Shown here piece after piece: positions 48,216-57,985 of a stretch of DNA of 64,000 bases; within the stretch, counting starts at the first letter, position 1, and each line of letters begins with the position of its first letter. Below the pieces are notes generated by a model that saw only the letters and a list, made by a program, of their open reading frames with translations, was not told where the DNA came from and searched no databases. The DNA is from an uncultured Solirubrobacteraceae bacterium (GTDB lineage: Bacteria > Actinomycetota > Thermoleophilia > Solirubrobacterales > Solirubrobacteraceae): NCBI GenBank assembly GCA_963714245.1, contig CAVQNR010000004.1, forward strand, positions 438,804-502,803, in the 5' to 3' direction. The position numbers and the translations under genes were made by a program.

Positions 48216-49685
48216 ATGCGGTCAGATCAGGTTCTTCGATCACTGCCCGCCCGCCTGGGACCGACCTGCACCCCCACAGCCGGGGATCTCGAGATCTCGG
48301 GGCTGGCGTACGACAATCGGCTCGTCACGGCCGGGACGCTGTTCTTCTGCGTCCCGGGGTTCACGCGCGACGGCCACGACTTCGCCGCCGACGCGGTCGC
48401 CCGTGGAGCAGTCGCGCTGGTCGTCGAGCGCGAGCTCGAGCTGCCGGTCCCGCAGTTGCGGGTCAGCAGCGTGCGCGCCGCGATGGCGCCGATCGCGGCG
48501 GCGTTCTACGGCGACCCGACGGCGCAGCTGCAGGTCGTCGGGGTGACCGGCACCAACGGCAAGACGACGACCGCGTTCCTCGTCCGCGAGCTGCTCGAGG
48601 CCGCCGGTCGCCAGACCGGGCTGCTCGGCACCGTCAAGTCGGTGATCGGCGGCGTCGAGCACGAGGTCAAGCGCACGACGCCCGAGGCGATCGACCTGCA
48701 GAGGACGTTCGCCGAGATGCGCGCCAGCGGCGACGTCGCGTGCGTGATGGAGGTCTCCTCGCACGCGCTGGCGCTACATCGCGCCGACGCGATCCGGTTC
48801 GCCGCTGCGGTGTTCACGAACCTCACCCAGGACCATCTCGACTTCCATCCGACGATGGAGGATTACTTTCACGCCAAGCGGCTGCTGTTCGCGGGTGACG
48901 ACGGTCCGTCGGCGCCGGGCGCCGCGATCGTCAACCTCGACGACCCCTACGGGGCGCGGCTCGCTGGGGAGCTGGACGGCGCGATCACGTTCGCGCTGGA
49001 CCGTGATGCCGACTACCGGGCCACCGCGCTGCAAACCGACCTCGGCGGTTCGCATTTCGAGGTCGTCACGGCGGACGGCTCGTTGTCGTTGCGCTCACCG
49101 TTGCGCGGCCGCTTCAACGTCTACAACGTGACCGGCGCGCTGGCCGCCGCTCGTGCGCTCGGCGTGCCCGCGCAAACGTGCGCCACCGCGATCGCCACCG
49201 CCGGGCAGGTTCCCGGTCGCTTTCAGACCGTCGACGAGGGCCAGCCGTTCGCGGTGCTGGTCGACTACGCACACACGCCCGATTCACTGGAGAACGTGCT
49301 GCGCGCCGCGCGCGGGCTGACCGAGGGTCGGCTGCGTGTTGTGTTCGGTTGCGGCGGTGACCGCGACCGCGGCAAGCGGCCGCAGATGGGGGAGATCGCG
49401 CGCCGGCTCGCCGACGACGTGTTCGTGACCTCCGACAATCCGCGCTCGGAGGATCCCGAGGCGATCATCGCCGAGATCCTCGAGGGATCCGGCACCGACG
49501 TCGAGCACGACGTCGACCGCCAGGCGGCGATCACGCGCGCGATCGAGTCCGCGCAGCCGGGCGACGTGGTCGTGATCGCGGGCAAGGGCCACGAGCAGGG
49601 CCAGGAGTTCGCCGACGGCCACAAGATCCCGTTCGACGACGTCGACGTCGCCGGTGGGGTCCTGCGCGGCGTGGTCCGCGCATGA
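48216..49685 (+). CDS. murE: UDP-MurNAc-Ala-Glu--meso-diaminopimelate ligase
   Basis: GVTGTNGKTTT, TTPE, MEVSSH, DHLDFH, DYAHTP, DNPR (DAP-specific), AGKGHE. Confidence 0.98.
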   Translation: MRSDQVLRSLPARLGPTCTPTAGDLEISGLAYDNRLVTAGTLFFCVPGFTRDGHDFAADAVARGAVALVVERELELPVPQLRVSSVRAAMAPIAAAFYGDPTAQLQVVGVTGTNGKTTTAFLVRELLEAAGRQTGLLGTVKSVIGGVEHEVKRTTPEAIDLQRTFAEMRASGDVACVMEVSSHALALHRADAIRFAAAVFTNLTQDHLDFHPTMEDYFHAKRLLFAGDDGPSAPGAAIVNLDDPYGARLAGELDGAITFALDRDADYRATALQTDLGGSHFEVVTADGSLSLRSPLRGRFNVYNVTGALAAARALGVPAQTCATAIATAGQVPGRFQTVDEGQPFAVLVDYAHTPDSLENVLRAARGLTEGRLRVVFGCGGDRDRGKRPQMGEIARRLADDVFVTSDNPRSEDPEAIIAEILEGSGTDVEHDVDRQAAITRAIESAQPGDVVVIAGKGHEQGQEFADGHKIPFDDVDVAGGVLRGVVRA

Positions 49686-50695
49686 CGCCCGCGATCGGCG
49701 CGAGCGTGCCGAGCACCGGGGCGGCGTCGGCGCCGGTACTGCTGGCGGGTGTCGCATCGCTGCTGATCTGCCTGTTTCTGAGCCCGAAGTTCATCGAGTT
49801 CCTGCGCAACCGGGAGTTCGGCCAGAACATCCGCGAGGAGGGCCCCGAGGGCCACCAGACCAAGGCGGGCACCCCGACGATGGGCGGCGTGATCATCTTC
49901 ACCGCGATCGCGGTCCCGTACGTGTTGCTGTCCAAGCTCGACTGGCTGTCGGTGTCGGTGTTCGGGGTCGCGATCGCGTGCGCGCTGCTCGGGTTCGCTG
50001 ATGACTACATGAAGATCGTCAGGCGCCGCTCGCTCGGACTGCGGGCCCGGACCAAGCTGCTGTTCACGATCGCGATCTCGGTCGCGCTGTGGTGGGTGGC
50101 GACGCACGAGGCGGGGGTCACGTCGACGGTCGAGCTGCGCCCGTTCAACGTCTCGGTTGACCTCGGCCCGCTGTTTCCGGTGTTCATCTATCTGGTCGTC
50201 GCGGGCACGACGACCGCGGTCAACTTCACCGATGGCCTCGACGGGCTCGCCGCCGGCTGCACCGCGATCACGCTGCTGGCCTACATCGGGATCACGTTCA
50301 TCTCCGGCCAGCACAGCCTCACGCTGCTGGCCTCCTGTCTGGTCGGGGCCTGTATCGGATTCCTCTGGTACAACAGCTTCCCGGCGTCGATCTTCATGGG
50401 CGACACCGGCTCGCTCGGGCTCGGCGGGGCGATCGCCGGGCTGGCGATCATGACCGACACCGAGATCCTGCTGATCCTGCTCGGCGGCATCTTCGTGATC
50501 GAGGTGCTTTCGGTGGTGATCCAGGTGTTCTCGTTTCAGGTGTTCCGCAAGCGCGTCTTCCTGATGGCCCCGATCCACCACCACTTCGAGCTCAAGGCGT
50601 GGTCTGAGACGAAGATCATCCTGCGCTTCTGGATCGTCGCCGCGGCATTCGGCGCGATCGGGTTCGTCGTCTACCAACAGGCGATCAGGGGGTGA
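49682..50695 (+). CDS. mraY: Phospho-N-acetylmuramoyl-pentapeptide transferase
   Basis: KAGTPTMGG, DDY, NFTDGLDGL, FMGDTGS, MAPIHHHFE. Confidence 0.98.
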   Translation: MTPAIGASVPSTGAASAPVLLAGVASLLICLFLSPKFIEFLRNREFGQNIREEGPEGHQTKAGTPTMGGVIIFTAIAVPYVLLSKLDWLSVSVFGVAIACALLGFADDYMKIVRRRSLGLRARTKLLFTIAISVALWWVATHEAGVTSTVELRPFNVSVDLGPLFPVFIYLVVAGTTTAVNFTDGLDGLAAGCTAITLLAYIGITFISGQHSLTLLASCLVGACIGFLWYNSFPASIFMGDTGSLGLGGAIAGLAIMTDTEILLILLGGIFVIEVLSVVIQVFSFQVFRKRVFLMAPIHHHFELKAWSETKIILRFWIVAAAFGAIGFVVYQQAIRG

Positions 50696-52074
50696 CGCCG
50701 GCGCCGCGCCCGAGTCGCGGCGATGGCAAGCCGCGGCCGCCGCTTACCGGCGGCCCGTACGTCGTGATCGGACTGGCGCGGTCCGGGGTGGCCGCCGCGC
50801 TGGCGCTGCGCGCGCGTGGTGAGGAGGTGATCGGATGCGATACGCGCGCGCCGGGCGATCCGGAGCTCGACGGGGCCGCGCGCAGGCTTTCGCAGGCCGG
50901 CGTCGAAGTCCAGCTCGATGCGTCAGGCGATGCCGTTGCCGCCCGCGCCGGGACGCTCATCAAGAGCCCCGGCGTGCCTCAGAGCGCTCCCGCCATACAG
51001 GCGGCGAGAGCCCACCGGGTACCCGTGCTCGGCGAGCTCGAGCTGGCTTGGCGGCTGGTCGACAACGAGTTCGTCGCGGTGACCGGCACCAACGGCAAGA
51101 CGACCACGACCGAGTGGATCGGCCACGTGCATCGGACCGCGGCCGTCCCGGTCGCAGTCGTCGGCAACGTCGGCACCGCGGCATCGACGCTGGTGGGCAC
51201 GATCGCGCCGGAGACGACCGTCGTCTGTGAGGCGTCCTCGTTCCAGCTCGAGGACACGGTCGCGTTCTCGCCCGAGGCGGCGGTGCTGCTCAACCTCGCG
51301 CCCGACCACCTCGACCGCCACCCGACGTTCGAGGACTACGTCGCGGCGAAGCTGCGGATCTTCGCCAACCAGGGCAACGACGATCTCTGCGTCGCCCCCG
51401 CCGAGCTCGGGATCGAGGACCTTGGCGGCTGCGCTCGCCGGGTCCTGTTCGGGGAGGGCGAGGGCGACTCGCTGGAGCTGTCAGATCGCGCCGGTCACCT
51501 GTGGTGGGACGACGAGCCGCTGCTGGCGGTCGACGAGATCGCCCTGCCCGGGGCGCACAACCGCGCCAACGCGATGGCGACCGCGGCCGTCTGTCTGGCC
51601 CGCGGCATCGAGCCCGAAGCGGTCGTCGAGGGGCTGCGGACGTTCGCCGGCGTCGCGCATCGCCTGGAACGGCTCGCCGTCCGGGACGGTGTCGCCTATG
51701 TCAACGACTCCAAGGCGACCAACGTCGCGTCCGCGATCGTCGCGCTCGAGAGTTATCGCGGCGGCGTGCACCTGATCGCCGGGGGCCGCGGCAAGAACCA
51801 GGACTTCTCGCCGCTGACCGAGCCGGTCGCCGAGCGCTGCGCGGCCGTCTACCTGATCGGTGAGGCGGCCGACGAGCTCGCGACCGTGCTCGCGCCCAGC
51901 CGCATTCCCATCGCTCGCTGTGGCTCGCTCGAGGTCGCGCTGCGGGCCGCCACGGTCGCCGCCGGCCCCGGCGACACGGTGCTGCTGTCGCCGGCGTGCG
52001 CCAGCTATGACCAGTATCCGAACTTCGAAGCACGCGGGGACCACTTCCGCGCGCTGGTGCGGGAGGCCGGTTAG
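50692..52074 (+). CDS. murD: UDP-MurNAc-L-Ala--D-Glu ligase
   Basis: GLARSG, KSPGV, GTNGKTTT, SSFQL, DHLDRH, NDSKATN, SPACASYD. Confidence 0.98.
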   Translation: MTPAPRPSRGDGKPRPPLTGGPYVVIGLARSGVAAALALRARGEEVIGCDTRAPGDPELDGAARRLSQAGVEVQLDASGDAVAARAGTLIKSPGVPQSAPAIQAARAHRVPVLGELELAWRLVDNEFVAVTGTNGKTTTTEWIGHVHRTAAVPVAVVGNVGTAASTLVGTIAPETTVVCEASSFQLEDTVAFSPEAAVLLNLAPDHLDRHPTFEDYVAAKLRIFANQGNDDLCVAPAELGIEDLGGCARRVLFGEGEGDSLELSDRAGHLWWDDEPLLAVDEIALPGAHNRANAMATAAVCLARGIEPEAVVEGLRTFAGVAHRLERLAVRDGVAYVNDSKATNVASAIVALESYRGGVHLIAGGRGKNQDFSPLTEPVAERCAAVYLIGEAADELATVLAPSRIPIARCGSLEVALRAATVAAGPGDTVLLSPACASYDQYPNFEARGDHFRALVREAG

Positions 52075-53318
52075 TGCCGGCCCGGTCAAGCCGTCGGGTC
52101 GCGCCCCCGCTCGAGCATCGGGTACTGCTGACCGCGACCCTGTGCCTGCTCGCGTTCGGGGCCGTGATGGTCTACAGCGCGTCGTCGCCGGTCGGGGCGC
52201 TGACGAGCGGCGGCACCGGCGCCGGCGAGTTCCTGCGCTACATCGTGTTCGTCGCGCTCGGACTGGTGATCATGTACGTGCTCGAGCGTCGCGGGTCCGG
52301 GCTGGTCACCGAGCAGACGGTTCGGCTGCTGCTGATCGGCTCGCTCGGGCTGCTCGTGCTCGTGCTCGTCCCGCACTTCGGAGTGTCGGTGCTCGGCGCG
52401 CGGCGGTGGTTCGCGGTCGGCCCGATCCAGTTTCAGCCATCGGAGATCGCCAAGCTCGCGCTGATCCTGTTCGCCGCTCAGAAGCTCGCGAACCCGCCCA
52501 AGCGCGCGCGCAACTGGTGGCAGATCGCTAAGCCGGTCGGGCTGGCGGCGCTGCCGGCCTGCCTGCTGATCGTGATCGAACCGGATCTGGGCACCGCGAT
52601 CGTGGTCGTGCTGACGATGCTCGCGATGCTGCTCGCGGCCGGGATGCCGCCGCGATACCTGCTCGGAATCGTCGCGGCCGGTGTGTTCGCGGTGATGGTG
52701 CTGGTGCTGGTGCAGCCCTACGAACAGGCGCGGTTGACGTCGTTTCTGCACCCCTGGGCAGCCGCCACCAAGGCGGGGCAGGGCTACCAGGCGGTGCAGG
52801 GGCAGATCGCGGTCGGCTCGGGCGGCCTGTTCGGCGTCGGGCTCGGCAAATCGGTGCAGAAGGTGTTCTACCTGCCCGAGGCCAACACCGACTTCATCCT
52901 TGCGGTGATCGGCGAGGAGCTCGGGGTGATGGGGATCTTCGCGGTCGTGTTCCTCTACGGGATGATCGCCTACGCGGGCCTGCGGACCGCGCGGCGTGCC
53001 GCCAGCCGCCACGCGAAGCTGCTGGCGACGGGCCTGACCTCGCTGGTGCTGTGCCAGGGCACGATGAACATCTTCGTGGTGCTCGGATTGGCACCGTTGA
53101 CGGGGGTGCCGCTGCCGTTCATCTCCTATGCGCCGACCAACCTGTGGGTGATGCTCGCATCGGTCGGTCTGCTGTTGAACATGAGCCGGCCGAAGGCCGC
53201 GCGGCTGCGGGCGCTCGACCCCGAGACGACGATCGCCGCGTCGGAGTCGCGCCCGAGCGCCGCCGCGCGCGCCCGGCGCCGCAGTGAGCGCGAGCAGCGG
53301 CCCGGTACCGTCGGCTGA
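52074..53318 (+). CDS. ftsW: SEDS peptidoglycan polymerase FtsW
   Basis: GARRW, QPSEIAK, EPDLGT, GYQ, LPEANTDFI, TGVPLPFISY. Confidence 0.96.
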   Translation: MPARSSRRVAPPLEHRVLLTATLCLLAFGAVMVYSASSPVGALTSGGTGAGEFLRYIVFVALGLVIMYVLERRGSGLVTEQTVRLLLIGSLGLLVLVLVPHFGVSVLGARRWFAVGPIQFQPSEIAKLALILFAAQKLANPPKRARNWWQIAKPVGLAALPACLLIVIEPDLGTAIVVVLTMLAMLLAAGMPPRYLLGIVAAGVFAVMVLVLVQPYEQARLTSFLHPWAAATKAGQGYQAVQGQIAVGSGGLFGVGLGKSVQKVFYLPEANTDFILAVIGEELGVMGIFAVVFLYGMIAYAGLRTARRAASRHAKLLATGLTSLVLCQGTMNIFVVLGLAPLTGVPLPFISYAPTNLWVMLASVGLLLNMSRPKAARLRALDPETTIAASESRPSAAARARRRSEREQRPGTVG

Positions 53319-53375
53319 CCCCCGGGGCGGGAGGGCCGAGCGAGCCGAACCGATTCGCACATTCATCTGAGCTTG

Positions 53376-53391
53376 TAGATTGTCGACAATC
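53376..53391. promoter_or_regulatory. Perfect palindrome GATTGTCGACAATC overlapping a TAGATT -10 upstream of murG
   Basis: 14-bp perfect palindrome at 53378-53391 in an AT-richer gap. Confidence 0.5.
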
Positions 53392-53460
53392 GCCGCCGCC
53401 GGAAGGGGCCGAGCGTCGGGGGCGCGGCCGGCGGGGCCGCGCGCATGGCGGCGACCGGAC

Positions 53461-54654
53461 ATGGATACGACCAGCACCGAGACGAGCATCAGCGCAGAAG
53501 CCGGGCCCGCGGAGCGGCCGGTGACCGATGCCCCAACCGCAGACGCGCCGCCCGGCGCGTCGGCGTCGACGGCGAGCGCCGCCAAGCGCGCGGGCCGGCC
53601 AACGGTCGTGATCGGCGTCGGCGGCACCGCCGGCCACGTGGTCCCGGCGATCGCCGTCGCCGACGTGCTGCGCGATCACGGCGCGACGGTCGTGTTCGCC
53701 GGCGGCGACCGCTTCGAGCGCGAGCTGGTGCCCGAAGCCGGCTACGAGCTGCGCTCGCTCAAGGTCGCGCCGCTGGCCAGGCGACGACCGGCGGAGGCCG
53801 CGCGTGCGGCGGCCGTCGACTTCGGGGCGCTGGGACACGCGATGCGGCTGATCGGCGAGCTCGAGCCCGACGTGGTGCTCGGCGCCGGCGGGTATGTCGC
53901 CGGTCCGGTCGGGCTCGCGGGGGCGCTGCGACGTGTGCCGCTGGTGCTGATGGAGGCCGACAGCCATCTCGGCATCACCAACCGGTGGTTGGCGCCGATG
54001 GCTCGCCGGGTCTGCTTGGCGTTTCCGATCGAGGGCCGCGAGTCAGGCCGCTACCGGGTCACCGGACGGCCGGTGCCGACACCCGCCACCGACCGGGAAG
54101 CTGCGCGCGAGCGCTTCGGGCTGGCGCTCGACGACCGCTGCGTGTTGGTGTTCGGCGGCTCGCAGGGGGCCCGCTCGATCAACTACGCCGCGATCGAGGC
54201 GTTCGCCGGGGCGCGGTTCCGGGTGCTGCACGCCGCCGGCACGCGGGATCTCGATGAGCTCGTGTCGCCCGGCCCGCACTATGACCTGCGTGGGTACGTC
54301 GGCAACTTCGGCGAGGCGCTGATCGCCTCGGATCTGGTCGTCGCCCGCTCGGGCGGGTCGGTATTCGAGATCGCCGCGCATGGACGTCCGATGGTCCTGA
54401 TCCCGTACCCGTACGCGGCCGGCGGCCACCAGACCGACAATGCGCGTTACATGCAGCGGGCGGGCGCCGCGATCGTGGTCGACGACACCGAGCTGACCGG
54501 CGCGCGACTCGCGTCTGAGGTTGGTGGGCTGCTCGCCGACCCTTCCCGGCTGACGGCGATGGCACGCGCCTCGCTGGCGGTCGCCAGACCCGATGCGGCC
54601 CGTGCGATCGCCGCCGAGGTGCTCGACGCGGCGGGTTGCCCGTCTGACCGCTGA
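53461..54654 (+). CDS. murG: Undecaprenyl-PP-MurNAc-pentapeptide GlcNAc transferase (start uncertain)
   Basis: GGTAGHV, GGYVAGP, GGSQGA, RSGG, HQTDNA. Confidence 0.96.
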   Translation: MDTTSTETSISAEAGPAERPVTDAPTADAPPGASASTASAAKRAGRPTVVIGVGGTAGHVVPAIAVADVLRDHGATVVFAGGDRFERELVPEAGYELRSLKVAPLARRRPAEAARAAAVDFGALGHAMRLIGELEPDVVLGAGGYVAGPVGLAGALRRVPLVLMEADSHLGITNRWLAPMARRVCLAFPIEGRESGRYRVTGRPVPTPATDREAARERFGLALDDRCVLVFGGSQGARSINYAAIEAFAGARFRVLHAAGTRDLDELVSPGPHYDLRGYVGNFGEALIASDLVVARSGGSVFEIAAHGRPMVLIPYPYAAGGHQTDNARYMQRAGAAIVVDDTELTGARLASEVGGLLADPSRLTAMARASLAVARPDAARAIAAEVLDAAGCPSDR

Positions 54655-54699
54655 GCGGCGTCCGGCCGCGTCTGTGGCCGTCAATACGCTCTGCAGGCG

Positions 54700-56028
54700 A
54701 TGATCACCGACGACACCCCATTCGCGGGCAGGCGGCTGCATTTCGTCGGGATCGGCGGCGCCGGGATGAGCGGCGTCGCGATCGTCGCGCACGGGCTCGG
54801 CGCGGCCGTGACCGGCTCTGATCGCGTTGACACCGGCTACTGCGCGCGCCTGCGCGAACACGGGATCCAACCCACGATCGGCTACCACGCCGACAATGTG
54901 CCGGCGGGCGCCGAGCTGGTCTACGGTTCGGCGATCGCCGCCGACAACCCCGAGCGGCTGGCGGTCGGATCGGGACCGCAGCTACACCGGGCCGATCTGC
55001 TGGCGCAGATCGCGGCGTTGCGGCGGTGTCTGGCGGTGACCGGCACCCACGGCAAGACGACGACGAGCGCGATGGCCGTGCACGCGCTGCGAGGAGCGGG
55101 CCTTGACCCCTCCTACGTCGTCGGCGCCGAGCTGCGCGCGACCGGCGTCAACGCCGCGGTCGGCACCGGCGAGTGGATCGTCGTCGAGGCCGACGAGTCG
55201 GACCGGTCGCTGCTGAAGATCGATCCGGAGCTGGCGATCCTCACCAACGCCGAGCTCGACCATCACACGACCTACGAGTCGCTGCAGGACCTCGAGGACA
55301 CGCTCGCGCGGTTCATGGCGCGCGCCGAGGGCGGCGCGGTCGTCTGGGACCGCCCGCAGCTGCGAGCCCTATGTCCCGACGGAGGCGTCCCCTATGACGC
55401 GCGCGACGCGGTCGCGAGTCCGTCCGGCACCAGCTTCACCTGGCGCGGGCAGACGGTGACGCTGACCGTCCCGGGCGTCCACAACGCCGTCAACGCCGCC
55501 GGCGCGCTGACCGCCTGCGCGCTCGCCGGCGCCGAGCCGGCGATGGCCGCCGCTGCGCTCACCGACTTCCGGGGTGCCCGGCGTCGGATGGAGCTGCTCG
55601 GCGCCACCGCGGCCGGGGCGGCGGTGTACGACGACTACGCCCACCACCCGACCGAGGTGCGAACCGTCCTCGAGGCGGCGCGGTCGCTGCAGTCGCGCCG
55701 GGTGGTCGCCGTGTTCCAGCCGCACCTGTTCTCGCGCACGCGCGAGCTCGCGACCGGGTTCGGACGTGCGCTGGCGAGTGCCGACCTGGTGGTCGTCGTT
55801 CCGATCTACCCCGCGCGCGAGCGGGCCGAGGACTTCGCGGGCGTCGACGGGCGGCTGGTCGCCGCCGCCGCCGCCGACGCCTGGCCCGGTCGCCGACCGG
55901 TCGCGTGGATGCCATCGCTGCCGGCGGCCGAGGGCTATCTGCACGACGTGCTGCGCGGAGGCGACCTGTGCCTGGTGATGGGTGCGGGGAACGTCGACTC
56001 GCTCGGCCGGGCGCTGCTCGATGCCTGA
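54700..56028 (+). CDS. murC: UDP-MurNAc--L-alanine ligase
   Basis: HFVGIGGAGMSG, GTHGKTTT, EADESD, DDYAHHPTE, FQPH, MGAG. Confidence 0.98.
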   Translation: MITDDTPFAGRRLHFVGIGGAGMSGVAIVAHGLGAAVTGSDRVDTGYCARLREHGIQPTIGYHADNVPAGAELVYGSAIAADNPERLAVGSGPQLHRADLLAQIAALRRCLAVTGTHGKTTTSAMAVHALRGAGLDPSYVVGAELRATGVNAAVGTGEWIVVEADESDRSLLKIDPELAILTNAELDHHTTYESLQDLEDTLARFMARAEGGAVVWDRPQLRALCPDGGVPYDARDAVASPSGTSFTWRGQTVTLTVPGVHNAVNAAGALTACALAGAEPAMAAAALTDFRGARRRMELLGATAAGAAVYDDYAHHPTEVRTVLEAARSLQSRRVVAVFQPHLFSRTRELATGFGRALASADLVVVVPIYPARERAEDFAGVDGRLVAAAAADAWPGRRPVAWMPSLPAAEGYLHDVLRGGDLCLVMGAGNVDSLGRALLDA

Positions 56029-56956
56029 GCCCGACGGCGTGCGGCCAATCCCCGACGGGGTCAGCCGCGATCACCCGCTCGCACGGCTGACGACGATTCG
56101 GACCGGTGGCAGCGCCGAGCTGTTCGCGCGGCCGGGGACGATCACCGAGCTCGAGTCGCTGTTGCGCTGGGCGGGAGACGCGCAGCTGCGGGTAGGGGTC
56201 GTCGGATCGGGGTCGAACCTGTTGGTGGCGGACGAAGGCGTTCGCGGTTTGGTGCTCAAACTTGATCGGCAGTTGTCACAGATCGAGCAGGACGGAACGC
56301 GGCTTGAGTGCGGCGGCGGGGCCCGGCTACCCGCCGTCTCGGCGCTGGCCGCGCGGCTCGGCCTTTCCGGGATCGAGTTCGGGGTCAACATTCCCGGCAC
56401 GGTCGGGGGGGCGGTGCGGATGAACGCCAACGCCTACGGTGGCGAGCTCGCCCGGGTACTGGAGTGGGTCGACGTCGTCACCGCCGACGGCAGCTCGCGG
56501 CGCACGCCCGAGCAGTTGCGCTTCGTGTATCGGCGCTCGAACCTGGGCGCCGGCGAGGTCGTGGCGCGGGCCCGCTTTGCGCTCACGCCGGGGACCTCCG
56601 AGCAGGTCAAGGCGACGCTGGCCGAGATGCGCGCCCGCCGCCGGGACGCGCAGCCATCCGGGATCAAGACGTTCGGCTCGACCTTCAAGAACCCGAGCGA
56701 CGCCGCCGCCGAGGGACGCAGCGCGGGCCAGTTGCTCGACGCGGTCGGCTGCCGGGGGCTGCGGATCGGCGCCGCCGGCTTCTCCGACAAGCATGCGAAC
56801 TTCGTCTGCAACTACGGGTCGGCGACGACCGCCGAGGTGATCGCCGTGATGGCCGAGGGTCGTCGCCGCGTCCGCGAGCGGTTCGGAATCGAGCTCGAGC
56901 CCGAGGTCCAGAGCCTGGGGCCGGTCCCGATCCCCGACGACTGGCGCCGGGCATGA
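56021..56956 (+). CDS. murB: UDP-N-acetylenolpyruvoylglucosamine reductase
   Basis: GSGSNLL, IPGTVGGAVRMNA, YRRS, GSTFKNP, HANF, LEPEV. Confidence 0.97.
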   Translation: MPEPDGVRPIPDGVSRDHPLARLTTIRTGGSAELFARPGTITELESLLRWAGDAQLRVGVVGSGSNLLVADEGVRGLVLKLDRQLSQIEQDGTRLECGGGARLPAVSALAARLGLSGIEFGVNIPGTVGGAVRMNANAYGGELARVLEWVDVVTADGSSRRTPEQLRFVYRRSNLGAGEVVARARFALTPGTSEQVKATLAEMRARRRDAQPSGIKTFGSTFKNPSDAAAEGRSAGQLLDAVGCRGLRIGAAGFSDKHANFVCNYGSATTAEVIAVMAEGRRRVRERFGIELEPEVQSLGPVPIPDDWRRA

Positions 56957-57774
56957 TCGGTCTACGCCGCCGGCGGTCCGAGTCGGCGAGCGGATTCGCG
57001 CTGGCCGCCGAGCCGGCGAGCCCCACCTCGGGGCGAGCGCGAGCGAGTGCGCGTGCACGACGGCCACGGCTGTCGCTACGGCGTCCGGGACCCTTGGCGC
57101 TGGTGCTCGCGGTGGCACTCGCCGGGCTTGCGGTCGGCGGTTACTTCTGGATCCGCAGCTCACCGCTGACCGCGATCCGCCATGTCCGGGTCACGGGCCT
57201 GGGCGGCCCCGATGCATCCCAGATCAACGCTGCGCTGACGACCGCCGCACACGGCATGTCGACGCTCAACGTCAACAGCGCGGCGCTGCACAACGCGGTG
57301 GCCGCCTACCCCCAGGTCGAGTCGGTACGGATCTCGACCAGCTTCCCGCACTCGGCGACGATCCGCGTGGTCGAGTCAACGCCGGTCGCGATCGTCGCTG
57401 CCGGCGGTCACCGAACGGCCGTATCCGGCGACGGCACGTTGCTCGCCGACGAGCATCCGATCGGCTCACTGCCGACGATCACGCTCGCGGTCGCACCGGG
57501 GGGAACACGGCTGACCGGTGCCCCGCGCCATCAGGCCGAGCTGCTGGCCGCGGCCCCGTCGGCGCTGCTGCCACGGATCGATTCGGCCTCATGGGACCCG
57601 AACGGCGGTTTGGAGATCGTGATGCGCGACGGGCCGAAGCTGTACTTCGGCGGCGTCCATCAGCTGGCGGCGAAATGGCGCGCAGCGATCGCGGTGCTGG
57701 CCGCCCCGAGCTCGGCGGGAGCGGGCTACATCGATGTCTCAGATCCATCGCGGCCGGCCGCCGGTCCAGGCTAG
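56953..57774 (+). CDS. ftsQ: Cell division protein FtsQ/DivIB
   Basis: One TM, POTRA-like segment (VRVTG..YPQVESVRISTSFPH..IRVVE..P), C-terminal YIDVS..RPA; upstream of ftsZ. Confidence 0.85.
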   Translation: MIGLRRRRSESASGFALAAEPASPTSGRARASARARRPRLSLRRPGPLALVLAVALAGLAVGGYFWIRSSPLTAIRHVRVTGLGGPDASQINAALTTAAHGMSTLNVNSAALHNAVAAYPQVESVRISTSFPHSATIRVVESTPVAIVAAGGHRTAVSGDGTLLADEHPIGSLPTITLAVAPGGTRLTGAPRHQAELLAAAPSALLPRIDSASWDPNGGLEIVMRDGPKLYFGGVHQLAAKWRAAIAVLAAPSSAGAGYIDVSDPSRPAAGPG

Positions 57775-57783
57775 ACCGCAAGC

Positions 57784-57972
57784 CTCAACCTAGAGTTGAG
57801 CTTGATGGCGACATTCGGCCGAAGGCTCTGCAATAATTGAGACTTGGGCGATCTGCATGGTTCATTGCATTCCGTCCGCTGGCGTTGACTCCGCACATCG
57901 CCTATGTTTACGTGCCGATTTCAGCGGTGCGCAAACTGTGCCCGGTCAACATTGAACCCTCGCTATAGGGTT
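57784..57972 (+). promoter_or_regulatory. ftsZ promoter region with two palindromic sites
   Basis: CTCAAC-CTAGA-GTTGAG (57784-57800) and AACCCT-CGCTAT-AGGGTT (57955-57972); AT-richer gap. Confidence 0.6.
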
Positions 57973-57985
57973 TGGAACGGAAGAT

